Position numbers and translations under genes: made by a program
The notes under the pieces: generated by a model
Told to the model about the DNA's origin: nothing
The model's database searches: none
The model's input: the letters and a program-made list of their open reading frames with translations, nothing else
Origin: a virus
Length of the DNA: 64,000 nucleotides
IMG/VR virus record: IMGVR_UViG_3300032236_000879
Span: 1-64,000 of that record
Strand: one strand, 5' to 3'
Shown here: in pieces, positions 27,909-38,600 of the stretch
How positions within the stretch are numbered: the stretch's first letter is position 1
Layout of the letters: every line of letters begins with the position of its first letter

Positions 27909-30900
27909 ATGACACAAGACGTAGTAAAAACAGTAGGACCTATAAAATCTTCAAAACCAGATGTCGGTGGTGCTGCTACAAAAAACTTTCCGGTGTTCGG
28001 TATTGTGAAAGATAATATTGATCCTACGCGATCAGGTAGAATCAAAGTATTGCTAGCTGATAAGATACCGAACAATTCAGATGATGCATCAAATTGGGTA
28101 ACAGTTAGTTTCCTCTCTGACTTTTTCGGTAAAATAGATAGTGCTGCTGGAACAGGAAAAGACGATCACGGCACATATAAATCAAACCCTACTTCATATG
28201 GACAATGGCATGCTCCTCCTGATATCGGGACAAAGGTAATCTGTATTTTTGTTAATGGAGACCCTAATTATGGATTTTATATTGGATGCGTTCCGGAAGC
28301 AGAGACACTTCATATGGTTCCTGCGATTGGTTCATCTGATAATATTATAGCAAACGGCGGTGAGGCACAAAGCTACGGCGGTGCAACTAGATTACCGGTC
28401 ACAAATTTAAATACTAATAATGCTTCTAATGCAGATAGTCCTAATTTCAATAATAGTCCTCGCCCGGTTCATAGTTATTCTGCTACTATCATGAACCAGC
28501 AAGGTATCTTACGAGATCCTATTCGAGGTCCTATCTCATCTTCTGCATCACGTGAAGCAGCATCTCGGGTAGGTTGGGGAGTATCTACTCCTGGTCGTCC
28601 TATCTATGAGGGAGGATATGATGATTCTACTGTAACTCAGAACTTAGATGCAAGCAAGAATGCACAATTAAAAGTTGTTGCTCGCCGGGGCGGACATTCT
28701 ATCGTCATGGACGACGGAGATATCATCGGCAGAGATCAACTTGTTCGTATTCGTACTGCATTAGGACATCAGATTTTAATGAGTGATGACGGTCAGACAT
28801 TGATGATCCTTCATTCTAATGGTCAATCATATATTGAGTTAGGTAAGGAAGGTACGATTGACATGTACTCTACTAACTCAGTGAATATCAGAACACAGGG
28901 TGACTTAAATTTACACGCTGACCGAAACGTCAATATTCATGCCATGGAGAATCTCAATATCCAAGCAAAGAATCTTCAGACTAATTCTGAAGAAAATACA
29001 ATGATGCGATCAGGGTCAGACTTTAACGTGTCAGCTACAGGTAAACTTACTGGTCTTGCGGGTGGACCTGTTGCTTGGGCTGCCGGCGGCGAAGCAAGTT
29101 TGGTAGGTGGCGGACAGACATTTGTTAATGGCAGTAAAGTAAATCTCAACAGCGGTTCTCCTAGCACGACTCCTGAAGCAGTCAAGCCTATCCCGTTGGT
29201 AGCACAAACGGATACACTACATGATCAAGAAAAAGGATTTGTCGCTGCACCAGGAAAGCTACTCACTATCGTATCTCGTGCCCCAGCACATGCCCCCTGG
29301 GCTAATGCAGGACAGGGTGTTGATGCTAAAACAAATCTTGATGCAGCAAGCCAACTTCCTTCAGCAGCAAGCCCGGCAGTTCAATCAGCTACTGCGACTG
29401 CCTCTAATAATGCAACTCCGCCCGCAGTAGCTACAGTTGCATCAGCGCCGTCGAGCGTACCGGCAGTTTCTGCTGCTATGGATAAAAATACTACAGCAGC
29501 AGCACTAGGTGCAGTAGCAACTTCAGCAGCAGCAGGGCCATTATCAGCAGCAGTAACTCAGGGTGCAGCAGTGGTCAATACTGCACAGGGACCTATCGCT
29601 GCGGTAGGATCATTTGCACAAACTGCATCTCAGCTTGCTGCGGGTGGAATATTAAAGCCTGGATCAGCTACGTTGGTAACAAGTTTAGTTCAGTCAGGTG
29701 CAAACATCACACAGGCGATGCCGTCATCATTGTTCACTGGAGCAGGTGGGGTACAAAATCTTACTAGCCTAGTACAAAATACTACAGCACAGGCTACATC
29801 TGTTGTCAATACCATGCAACAAGCACAGACTGCATTAGGACAGGTGGGAGCTATTACCGGTGCTGAATCTGCCACTCAAGTGACTGGCATGGTTACCGCT
29901 GCTGCAACTGTTGGGCTGGGTTCTACTATCTCTGCTATTCAACAAACAACCACTACAGCATCTTCAGTGGCAAGTGGAGCTATTCCAATAGCCGGTATTG
30001 TAGGAGTCGAAGGCACAGTGACAGGTGCATTGAATTCTGCAACCGGTACACTAAACAGTGCTGCAACTACATTGACTAGTGCAGCAAGTGGAGCATTAAA
30101 AAACGCGACAGGTGCAGCAGGATCGCTCGCCGGAGTTGCAAACTCATTGACCGGATCTCTGTCGGGTGCAGCAACAGGTATACTAGGGTCAGCAAAATCT
30201 GCATTGGGTGCGATTGGATCAGGGGCAGCCGCAGCAGGGTTAGCACAATCTATTGGTGGATTGGGCGGAATTCAAAGTGCATTGACTGCAATGGGAAATG
30301 TTCCTAGCTTAGCTTCACTTATCAACAAAGCAGAAGGAGTAGCTGCATCAGCATTTAATGCAGTAAAAAATTCATTCAAGCCACTACAAGCAGGTGTTCC
30401 GCAAAATCTAACACAAATCGCAAAAGAAAATGCTGCATCAGCCGCAGCGGTCGCGAGCCAGACCACACAAGCAAGTAGTAATTTGTTAAACTCTGTGGGG
30501 GCTATTGCTGGAAATGGAGCAGGCACTGGTATCTTGACAGGAGCATTATCTGCTGCTACAAGTGCTATAGGAAGTGTAACAGGCGCAGTGAACACAGTCG
30601 GCGGCGCAGTAGTAAATGCATCTGGATTAAGTTCTATTGCAGGAACAGTAGGTGGTATCACGAAATCAGTTGCATCATTGAACAATAGTGTATCAAGCAT
30701 TACCGGAGGCATTACCGCTGCTACTAACAAGTTAAGTGCAACCGGTGGATTAGGAACTGCGGTAACTTCTACTATCAATAACCTATCAGGAGTTGCGGGC
30801 AGTGTGTCTAATGCAGTGACAGGTTCAGTGTTGAATACTACGATAGGTGGAATACAAAATGCTGTAAACAACGTGAGTGCAATAGCCGGTGCAGGAGCTA

Positions 30901-31688
30901 CGATTGCATCAGGTGGAACGGCTGCATTAACAAATGCCGCATCAGTAATTCAGCAAGGAGCATCTGCTGCGGTATCCTCTGCTCTAGCGAGCGGATTGAG
31001 CAATCTTCCAGGAGGAATCAATACGGTCAATAATGTTGTGAACCAAGCAGCAGGAGCAGTAAATTCTATTCCAGGAACTGGAGCATTGACTGGTGCGATC
31101 AAGACAGCACAGACCGCAGCGATGAATGGATTATCTTCATTGACAAGTACATCAGGTGCACTGACTGCTGCTACGAGTGGTATAACCGGAGCATTAGGTG
31201 GTGCAGCAAGCCAGTTAGGTGGACTGACTGCATTAGCATCTGCTGGACTACCGGTAGGTGCAGTTGCACAGCTACAATCCTCTATTGCCTCGCTCACTAG
31301 TGGAACACCGGGGGCGATTTCTCTACCTACTGTAGGATTCAATACCACAGACAGAGGATCAATCACAGCACAGATCACATCTACTCTAGGTGATCCAGGT
31401 ATTCCAACTCCGAATTTAGTCGGGTCTATCCCTGAAGCTACTAAATCGGCAGTTGATGATGCTAAACAAAAGGCTGAACAAGAGTATCAGGCTGCTGGTG
31501 CTGCATATGATGCAAAAACCGCAGAAATAAAAGTACTACTAGATGCATACAAAAAACTAGATGCAACATTACCGCCGGGCGATCCTGCAATCGATGCAGC
31601 TTATAAAAAGTATCATGATCTCTATTATGGAGCAGAGTATGCTGCAATAAAGAAACGCTACTTCGATGCGGTAAAAGCTACAGTATAA
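27909..31688 (+). CDS. gp5: central spike (gp5/VgrG-like OB-fold + beta-helix) with long Ala/Gly/Ser/Thr extension
   Basis: VKDNIDPTRSGRIKV, W..PPDIGTKVICIF..GD, GHQILMSD, beta-helix repeats; no lysozyme motif. Confidence 0.8.
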   Translation: MTQDVVKTVGPIKSSKPDVGGAATKNFPVFGIVKDNIDPTRSGRIKVLLADKIPNNSDDASNWVTVSFLSDFFGKIDSAAGTGKDDHGTYKSNPTSYGQWHAPPDIGTKVICIFVNGDPNYGFYIGCVPEAETLHMVPAIGSSDNIIANGGEAQSYGGATRLPVTNLNTNNASNADSPNFNNSPRPVHSYSATIMNQQGILRDPIRGPISSSASREAASRVGWGVSTPGRPIYEGGYDDSTVTQNLDASKNAQLKVVARRGGHSIVMDDGDIIGRDQLVRIRTALGHQILMSDDGQTLMILHSNGQSYIELGKEGTIDMYSTNSVNIRTQGDLNLHADRNVNIHAMENLNIQAKNLQTNSEENTMMRSGSDFNVSATGKLTGLAGGPVAWAAGGEASLVGGGQTFVNGSKVNLNSGSPSTTPEAVKPIPLVAQTDTLHDQEKGFVAAPGKLLTIVSRAPAHAPWANAGQGVDAKTNLDAASQLPSAASPAVQSATATASNNATPPAVATVASAPSSVPAVSAAMDKNTTAAALGAVATSAAAGPLSAAVTQGAAVVNTAQGPIAAVGSFAQTASQLAAGGILKPGSATLVTSLVQSGANITQAMPSSLFTGAGGVQNLTSLVQNTTAQATSVVNTMQQAQTALGQVGAITGAESATQVTGMVTAAATVGLGSTISAIQQTTTTASSVASGAIPIAGIVGVEGTVTGALNSATGTLNSAATTLTSAASGALKNATGAAGSLAGVANSLTGSLSGAATGILGSAKSALGAIGSGAAAAGLAQSIGGLGGIQSALTAMGNVPSLASLINKAEGVAASAFNAVKNSFKPLQAGVPQNLTQIAKENAASAAAVASQTTQASSNLLNSVGAIAGNGAGTGILTGALSAATSAIGSVTGAVNTVGGAVVNASGLSSIAGTVGGITKSVASLNNSVSSITGGITAATNKLSATGGLGTAVTSTINNLSGVAGSVSNAVTGSVLNTTIGGIQNAVNNVSAIAGAGATIASGGTAALTNAASVIQQGASAAVSSALASGLSNLPGGINTVNNVVNQAAGAVNSIPGTGALTGAIKTAQTAAMNGLSSLTSTSGALTAATSGITGALGGAASQLGGLTALASAGLPVGAVAQLQSSIASLTSGTPGAISLPTVGFNTTDRGSITAQITSTLGDPGIPTPNLVGSIPEATKSAVDDAKQKAEQEYQAAGAAYDAKTAEIKVLLDAYKKLDATLPPGDPAIDAAYKKYHDLYYGAEYAAIKKRYFDAVKATV

Positions 31689-31708
31689 ATACTACAAAGG
31701 AATGATCA

Positions 31709-32212
31709 ATGCCGCAATACGTAGGATTTAGTACTCAAAATGCATGTCTACCAAGAAGCACTAACATGCAACTCAATAGTTCTATGGGTTCTAGTGTAAG
31801 CATCAACGGACTCAACATCAATGGTTACGGAATTCCTACTGGATATGGCGGAATCGGGAACTCATTGATTTCTGGAAAGAAGTTTACTCTAACTGATAGT
31901 CAACTAGTGATTCGAGATTTTCTAAACGCATTGAATATTCCTCTAGGATCAGTTGTCGGTCAACCCGGAATAGGCACCTCGCTCTGGTCATTCTTGTTCG
32001 AACCTAATACTATAGATGTTCAGACACAACTTGAACTTGAACTTCGCAGGGTTGCTGCTCAGGATCCTAGAATCGATCTTAATCTTGTGCAGGCTTTTCC
32101 GCAAGAAAACGGTATCCTTGTAGAAATACAATTTTCAATAGTGCCTTTCAATAATCCACAAACTTTAAATGTATTCTTTAATCAGCAAACATTAGTTGCT
32201 GCTCCGGTATAA
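31709..32212 (+). CDS. gp25: baseplate wedge protein (gp25-like)
   Basis: P.IGTSLWSFLFEP...QDPRI motif; between gp5 and gp6. Confidence 0.82.
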   Translation: MPQYVGFSTQNACLPRSTNMQLNSSMGSSVSINGLNINGYGIPTGYGGIGNSLISGKKFTLTDSQLVIRDFLNALNIPLGSVVGQPGIGTSLWSFLFEPNTIDVQTQLELELRRVAAQDPRIDLNLVQAFPQENGILVEIQFSIVPFNNPQTLNVFFNQQTLVAAPV

Positions 32213-32267
32213 CAAAAATCCACTTTTTTGATAATGATAAATATATTCATATCAAAAGAGTATAATT

Positions 32268-35200
32268 ATGGCAACAAGTACTAGACAATCTGCATTATTT
32301 GGACTGAATGACTGGAAGACATTCTATCAAACATATAATCAGGCCGATTTTCAAAGTTATGACTATGAAACCCTGCGCAAGGCTTTCATCGATTATCTAC
32401 GTCTGTACTATCCTGAAACTTTCAACGACTACACCGAATCTTCTGAATTCATCGCATTACTAGATGTTATCGCATTCATGGGTCAAGGTCTTGCTTTCCG
32501 CGATGACCTAAATGCTCGTGAAAATTTTATTGATACTGCTGAACGTCGTGACTCAGTTATCAAGCTCGCGAACCTCGTGAGTTATACACCGAAAAGAAAT
32601 CTTGCCGGTCAAGGATACTTAAAAGTAATCAGTGTTTCAACAACGCAAAATATCACTGATATCAACGGCATGAATCTAGGCAATCAGACAGTTCTTTGGA
32701 ATGATCCGGCTAATGCGAACTGGCTAGAACAGATGAATACGATCTGGAATGCTGCAATGATCAATACACAAAGGATTGGCAGACCAGGCAACACGACTGA
32801 TATTTTAGGTGTTACTACGAGTGAGTATGCATTACAGATTCCTACTACATCACTTCCGATCATTCCGTTCACTTCTAATATCAATGGCATGAACATGAAC
32901 TTTGAATTAGTGAGCGTATCAACTATCGGTGAAGATTATGTTTACGAGATTCCTCCTGCACCTTCAGGTCGTTTCAACATGCTATATCGTAATGACAAGT
33001 TAGGATTCGGATCTCCAGAAACAGGATTCTTCTTCTACTTCAAGCAAGGTTCTCTACAGAATTATGACTTCACCCTTCAGCAACAAGTTGCTAATCAAAA
33101 TATCGGTATTGGTACTATCGAAGGGGTGAACAACACTGATACATGGTTATATCAGATCAATAATAATAACACACGGACCTTATGGAAGCAAGTAGATAAT
33201 ATCTACGCTGATGCGTATCTACAGACTGAAACATCTGGAAGAAAGATTTTCTCAGTAAACTCAGGATTCAATGATACTGTTTCATATATATTTGGTGATG
33301 GAGTATTTTCTGCGATTCCATTAGGAAATTATAGAGCATATGTTCGTGCAGGAAATGCGTTGACATATACTATCGATCCTAATGAGATGAACAATGTCAC
33401 TATCTCGTTTACATATATTGATAGAACAGGTAAACCTCAGACCTTGACTATCGGACTAACACTGACATTAGTTGTGAATAATGCACAGGCTCGTGAAACC
33501 CAGCAAGACATCAAGCAACGTGCACCTACTCGCTACTATACACAAAACAGAATGGTCAATGGTGAAGACTACAATAACTTCCCGTACACGCTGTATAGTT
33601 CAATCATCAAGTCTAAGGCGCTGAATCGTTCTTCGATTGGAGTATCAAAGAACTTAGATTTACTTGATCCTACTGGCAAATACTCAAGCACTAATTCTTT
33701 TGGTAGTGATGGTGCACTATTCCAGAGTGATGTGGAAGGATTCTTGAATCTAACTATCACGAATTCTAGTGACATTATTTCATTCTTCACGAATAATTTA
33801 GCTGCGGTACTTGGACTGAATAGTGCCAATCAATATTATGTACAGAATTATCCTAGATATCTAATCACGGATCCTGCAACAACCCCAGCATCTCAATTTG
33901 TATATTGGAAAACAAGCACAGTTGATACTAGCACAGAATCAGGTTACTTTTATAGTGTGCTCGGTGCCCTAGAATCTCCGCTTTCGGTAGGAACATATTC
34001 TTCTACTAATCTAAAGTATATAACAACAGGAGCGTTGTGTAAATTCGTCGCTCCTATCGGTTATTACTTTGATCCTAATAATCGTTTAATCCCCGGTATT
34101 CCAGGATCAGGTGATTCTACTTATATCTGGACAACTGTTCTCAATGTAGCAGGTGATGGCAGTAATAATAATCAAGGAACGTTTGCTAATGGAACAGGCC
34201 CAATAAAGATCAGCGGGTATCTACCTGACGGTGTTATCTTGACCAATGTCATTCCTGTATTTGACAATAATATTCCTGCTGCGGTAATTCAAGAATGTGT
34301 TCTGAGAATGGAGCTACAGCAGAACTTTACATTAGAATTTGACAACTCATTGTTGATTACACAACAACGTTGGTCAGTAGGTAAATATAATAATCCAAAT
34401 TATTTTGTAAAGTTTACATCTACTGGTGTCAATATGTATACTATCACATACAGAGCATTAAACTATTATTTTGGTTCTGTTGCAAGCACTAGATTTACTA
34501 TGAATAACAATGAGATAGTATATGATCCTTATTCGGGTAAGATCATTCAAGATTTCGTGAATATTCTTTCAATCAATACCCAACCTAATTCAACACAAGC
34601 ATTGGGTAAAGATTATAAGATAAATGTCATAGGTCAAACAACACAGAGCGATGGTTATGTGAATGATTTTGAAGTACAAGTTGCAGCTACAGATGTAAAC
34701 AACAGACAACTACTATTGAATCCAGATTTTTTCAGTGAAGTGACTGGATATGTTTCAGGTGGCACCAATACAGGAATCTATGTTTTCTTTGAAACAGTCA
34801 TTGATCCTCTAAATCTGTCACGCCAATACATTATTCCTACGACTGATGTTGTCTATGTATATCCTACTTTGAGTCAGATCGAAGTAGTGAAATATGATTA
34901 TCCTTTAGGACAATTGTTTTATGCATATAGCGATGGGATTTTTTACAAGTCAGTGCAAGATTATACGGTCGTAACTCCATCTTATATTATGACTCCGCAA
35001 CCACAATATTCAGTATTGCCGGGTCGTCAGGGACTATCCTTCCAGTACAGACATAACTCTAATAACACAAATAGAATTGATCCTGTCACTACGAACATCA
35101 TTGATCTATATGTGGTGACTCAATCATACTATACAGCATATCAAAATTATATTCAAGATACTACCGGTACTGTTCCTGAACCAAATCGACCAACGATCAA

Positions 35201-35648
35201 TGAACTTAGCCAAGACTACGGACAAGTTCAAGATTATAAAATGCTATCAGATGCAGTGATCTTAAATAGTGTTGTGTTCAAGCCGCTGTTTGGTCCAAAA
35301 GCTGAACCTGCACTTCGTGGTACTATCAAAGTTATCAAGATGAGCAGTACAAGCGCAAGTGACAGCGAAATTAGAAGTGCAGTACTGACTGCTATGAATA
35401 CATATTTCAATGTTAACAATTGGAACTTTGGTGATACTTTCTACTTCTCAGAATTAAGTGCTTATCTACATGCACAGTGCGGTGATTTGATTAGTTCTGC
35501 GGTTCTTGTTCCTAATGACCCAAATAAAAGATTCGGAGACTTATATGAAATCAAATGTTTACCCTATGAAATTTTCGTGAACGCAGCAACATCAAATGAT
35601 ATCGTAGTCGTAGCGGCTCTTACACCCGCAGAACTTCAAATTGCATAA
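32268..35648 (+). CDS. gp6: baseplate wedge protein (gp6-like)
   Basis: ENFIDTAERRDSVIKLA.LVSY.PKR, FGDGVF, TQNRMVNGEDY. Confidence 0.85.
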   Translation: MATSTRQSALFGLNDWKTFYQTYNQADFQSYDYETLRKAFIDYLRLYYPETFNDYTESSEFIALLDVIAFMGQGLAFRDDLNARENFIDTAERRDSVIKLANLVSYTPKRNLAGQGYLKVISVSTTQNITDINGMNLGNQTVLWNDPANANWLEQMNTIWNAAMINTQRIGRPGNTTDILGVTTSEYALQIPTTSLPIIPFTSNINGMNMNFELVSVSTIGEDYVYEIPPAPSGRFNMLYRNDKLGFGSPETGFFFYFKQGSLQNYDFTLQQQVANQNIGIGTIEGVNNTDTWLYQINNNNTRTLWKQVDNIYADAYLQTETSGRKIFSVNSGFNDTVSYIFGDGVFSAIPLGNYRAYVRAGNALTYTIDPNEMNNVTISFTYIDRTGKPQTLTIGLTLTLVVNNAQARETQQDIKQRAPTRYYTQNRMVNGEDYNNFPYTLYSSIIKSKALNRSSIGVSKNLDLLDPTGKYSSTNSFGSDGALFQSDVEGFLNLTITNSSDIISFFTNNLAAVLGLNSANQYYVQNYPRYLITDPATTPASQFVYWKTSTVDTSTESGYFYSVLGALESPLSVGTYSSTNLKYITTGALCKFVAPIGYYFDPNNRLIPGIPGSGDSTYIWTTVLNVAGDGSNNNQGTFANGTGPIKISGYLPDGVILTNVIPVFDNNIPAAVIQECVLRMELQQNFTLEFDNSLLITQQRWSVGKYNNPNYFVKFTSTGVNMYTITYRALNYYFGSVASTRFTMNNNEIVYDPYSGKIIQDFVNILSINTQPNSTQALGKDYKINVIGQTTQSDGYVNDFEVQVAATDVNNRQLLLNPDFFSEVTGYVSGGTNTGIYVFFETVIDPLNLSRQYIIPTTDVVYVYPTLSQIEVVKYDYPLGQLFYAYSDGIFYKSVQDYTVVTPSYIMTPQPQYSVLPGRQGLSFQYRHNSNNTNRIDPVTTNIIDLYVVTQSYYTAYQNYIQDTTGTVPEPNRPTINELSQDYGQVQDYKMLSDAVILNSVVFKPLFGPKAEPALRGTIKVIKMSSTSASDSEIRSAVLTAMNTYFNVNNWNFGDTFYFSELSAYLHAQCGDLISSAVLVPNDPNKRFGDLYEIKCLPYEIFVNAATSNDIVVVAALTPAELQIA

Positions 35649-35663
35649 AAGATAAGTATATAC

Positions 35664-38600
35664 ATGGCTAGAATTAGAACACTTAATTTTCTTCCAGAGG
35701 TTTTTCAAACTCCTCCTAACGCTCAGTTTTTGGCAGCGACATTAGATCAACTCGTAAATTCTCCCAACGTCGCTAACGTTCAAGGTTATGTGGGAAGTAA
35801 GTTTGGCACCGGCGTCAATGCTACAGATGCTTATGTGCCCGAACCTACTAAAGCTCGTGTTGACTATCAGTTAGATCCTGCAGTGGTCTTCACCAAACCA
35901 AACGAAACGACTGCAAATGATTTTGTGACTTATCCTGGAATCCTTGATGCTATTAAATTAGCAGGAGGAATCACAGATGATAACAGCAAGTTGTTCACTA
36001 GCCAATTTTATTCATGGGATTCATTCACTAACTTAGATCCATTGATTAATTTCAATCAGTACTATTGGCTACCGGATGGTCCTCCTGCAGTAACAGTTGC
36101 AGCTTCTACTATATTCTCCAAAGAAGCCTTTGTTGTAACTAGTAATACCAATTCATATAGTATTGTAAGAGAAGGTTCTACTACTTCAAATGCTAATCCT
36201 CCGATCACCTTATTGAGAGGAGGTACATATACTTTTGCAGTCAATCAGAATACCCGATTCTGGATTCAAGGGGCTCCGGGCATATCAGGTTATAGTCCAA
36301 CCCAGCCTAATCAACCGGTTCGTGATGTTTATGGTGTAACGAATAACGGAGTAGAAACTGGATTTGTGACATTCGAAGTTCCGCTGAAGAATGCACAGGA
36401 TGAATTTAATTTTCCAAATACTGTGAATGTCGATGTGATCAGTACTACATCATTTGATAACATCAATGGTCAGTTCGTTAATTCATTTGCAGGCATCGAC
36501 GGTATCACATCACTATTAGGATTGACTGTTGCATTCTACAACACGCCGCAAGAAATCGCATACATCTCTTCCTACTACGGTGAGACCTCGTATGATACAA
36601 ACGATCCTGCGTTAGTTCCTCCGGCTACGCTTTCTATTGCTAGCTGTAATACGAGCGCATTCACCCTTGCATCAGGAAATACTAGTGGTTTGGTTGTAGG
36701 TGGTACTGTAACTTTCACGGGAACAGTATTCGGTGGAGTCAATCCTGGTCAAGTTTATTTTATCAATAGCATTCCTAGCTCTAATTCATTCACTATCGCA
36801 ACTTCATTGAATGGTCCGACCCTAACCCTGACTGCTGCATCAGGCAGCATGACTGCAAACGTCAATCAGGGCTTGTATGAAGATGGATATAATGCAAACA
36901 TTAATACAACATTCTTCACTGTAACCTATATCGGTGATCCTACTAATCCAATCATTCGACTAGTACCGTCAGGTGCGATTCCGTCAAACACGAAGATCGT
37001 GCCCGTATATGGAGTAGAGTGGAACAATAGACCATTCTATCTAGATGTTGCCAACAATCTAGAATTGATTCCTTATATTAGTGCTCCGCTTGATGTTCTT
37101 TACTATCAGGATGGAACTGATCCTAATAAAGTGGGAACTATTCACCTAATCGAAAGCAATCTTAATAATACTATCGACGTTGATCTACAGATCCTAGGTA
37201 AAAAGAATTATACTGCTCCAAATGGGGTTGTATTCACTAATGGGTTGAAAGTAGAATTTGACGGCGACGTTATTCCTACAAGTTATCTGACTGGACAATA
37301 CTATGTTCAGGGTGTAGGTACAGCCATCGAATTAGTAAATGTAGAGACTCTCGTTGTTCCGGAAAAGTTCAGTGAAGGTGAATATATCGCATGGGATGTA
37401 ACAAGCTGGGATATCGGAAATTATGACATCAGCCTTGACATTCCAGTGCTTGCTGATTATATTGTAATTGCGCGTAATGCAATCAGCAAGAATGCATGGG
37501 CACGAAGCAATCGTTGGTTCCATATTGATGTGATCAATGCAACTGCAAAATATAATAATGATCCTACTATTGTCACAACGTATGCAACTGCTGCCAATAA
37601 AGCAGCAAGACCTATTATTGAATTCTATCCGAATCTAAAACTGTTTGATTCTGGTGCTACTGGTGTAAATCCAGTAGACTTTATTGATACTACCAATACT
37701 GATGCGCTCTCGACTGTTCCCGGATCAGTCGCATATTATCCGGATGTTCAAGTGTATTCGACTGCATCTGCTACTATTACTGCTAGCCCTACGACTCCTG
37801 TCTCTGCCGGTTCATTCGTTGTAGGAAACACCTACCAAATCAGTACATATGGTACAACGACTGACTGGAATGCGATTGCTGGAACTTCATATCAAAACTA
37901 CGCAGTAGGAAGCAGATTTGTGTGCGTGAATGCGGGTTCTGGTAATGGTTTTGCAGTACCATTGGCAACATCAACTACTATCACAGTTGCAGCAAGTGCA
38001 CTTAATGGTACACTTGCTGATTATATGTTTATTGCTGACTCTACTGGTATATTACCTGCTAATTCACAGATCACTAATATTTCAGGAACAACTACATTAA
38101 CATTGACAGTAACTTGGGCAATTCCTCAGAATGTTGTCGGAGCATCAGGCGTAATTCTATATGCGAGTGATACTACTGTCAATAACTACGGACTATTTCC
38201 GGGCGCTCGTGTTATCTTTGCAGGAGATAGTGATCCTAACGTAAGAAATAAAATCTATGTTTCTAATTTCTCTGTGATCGCACCTTCTACTACACCAACC
38301 ATTACTTTGATTGTAGCAGAAGATGGTATAATCGGACCAGACACACAAACAGTAATAACCCGGGGTTATACAAATGCTGGATTGAGTTACTGGTTTGATG
38401 GCTTATATTGGAATCAAGCACAGCAGAAAGTATATTTGAACCAAGCTCCAAAGTTTGATGTATTTGATGCGAACGGTGTAAGCTTCGGAGATAGCACAGT
38501 ATATCCTAGCACGACTTTTGCAGGCTCTAAGTTATTTGCTTACGGTCTAGGGACAGGAACTAAAGACCCTGTTTTAGGGTTCCCGATTCGTTATAGTTCA

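Noticed and set aside
30272-31378. Long antisense ORFs opposite gp5 (and similar ones opposite other genes)
   Set aside because: Shadow ORFs expected from codon bias in Ala/Gly/Thr-rich genes; no SD or recognisable motifs.
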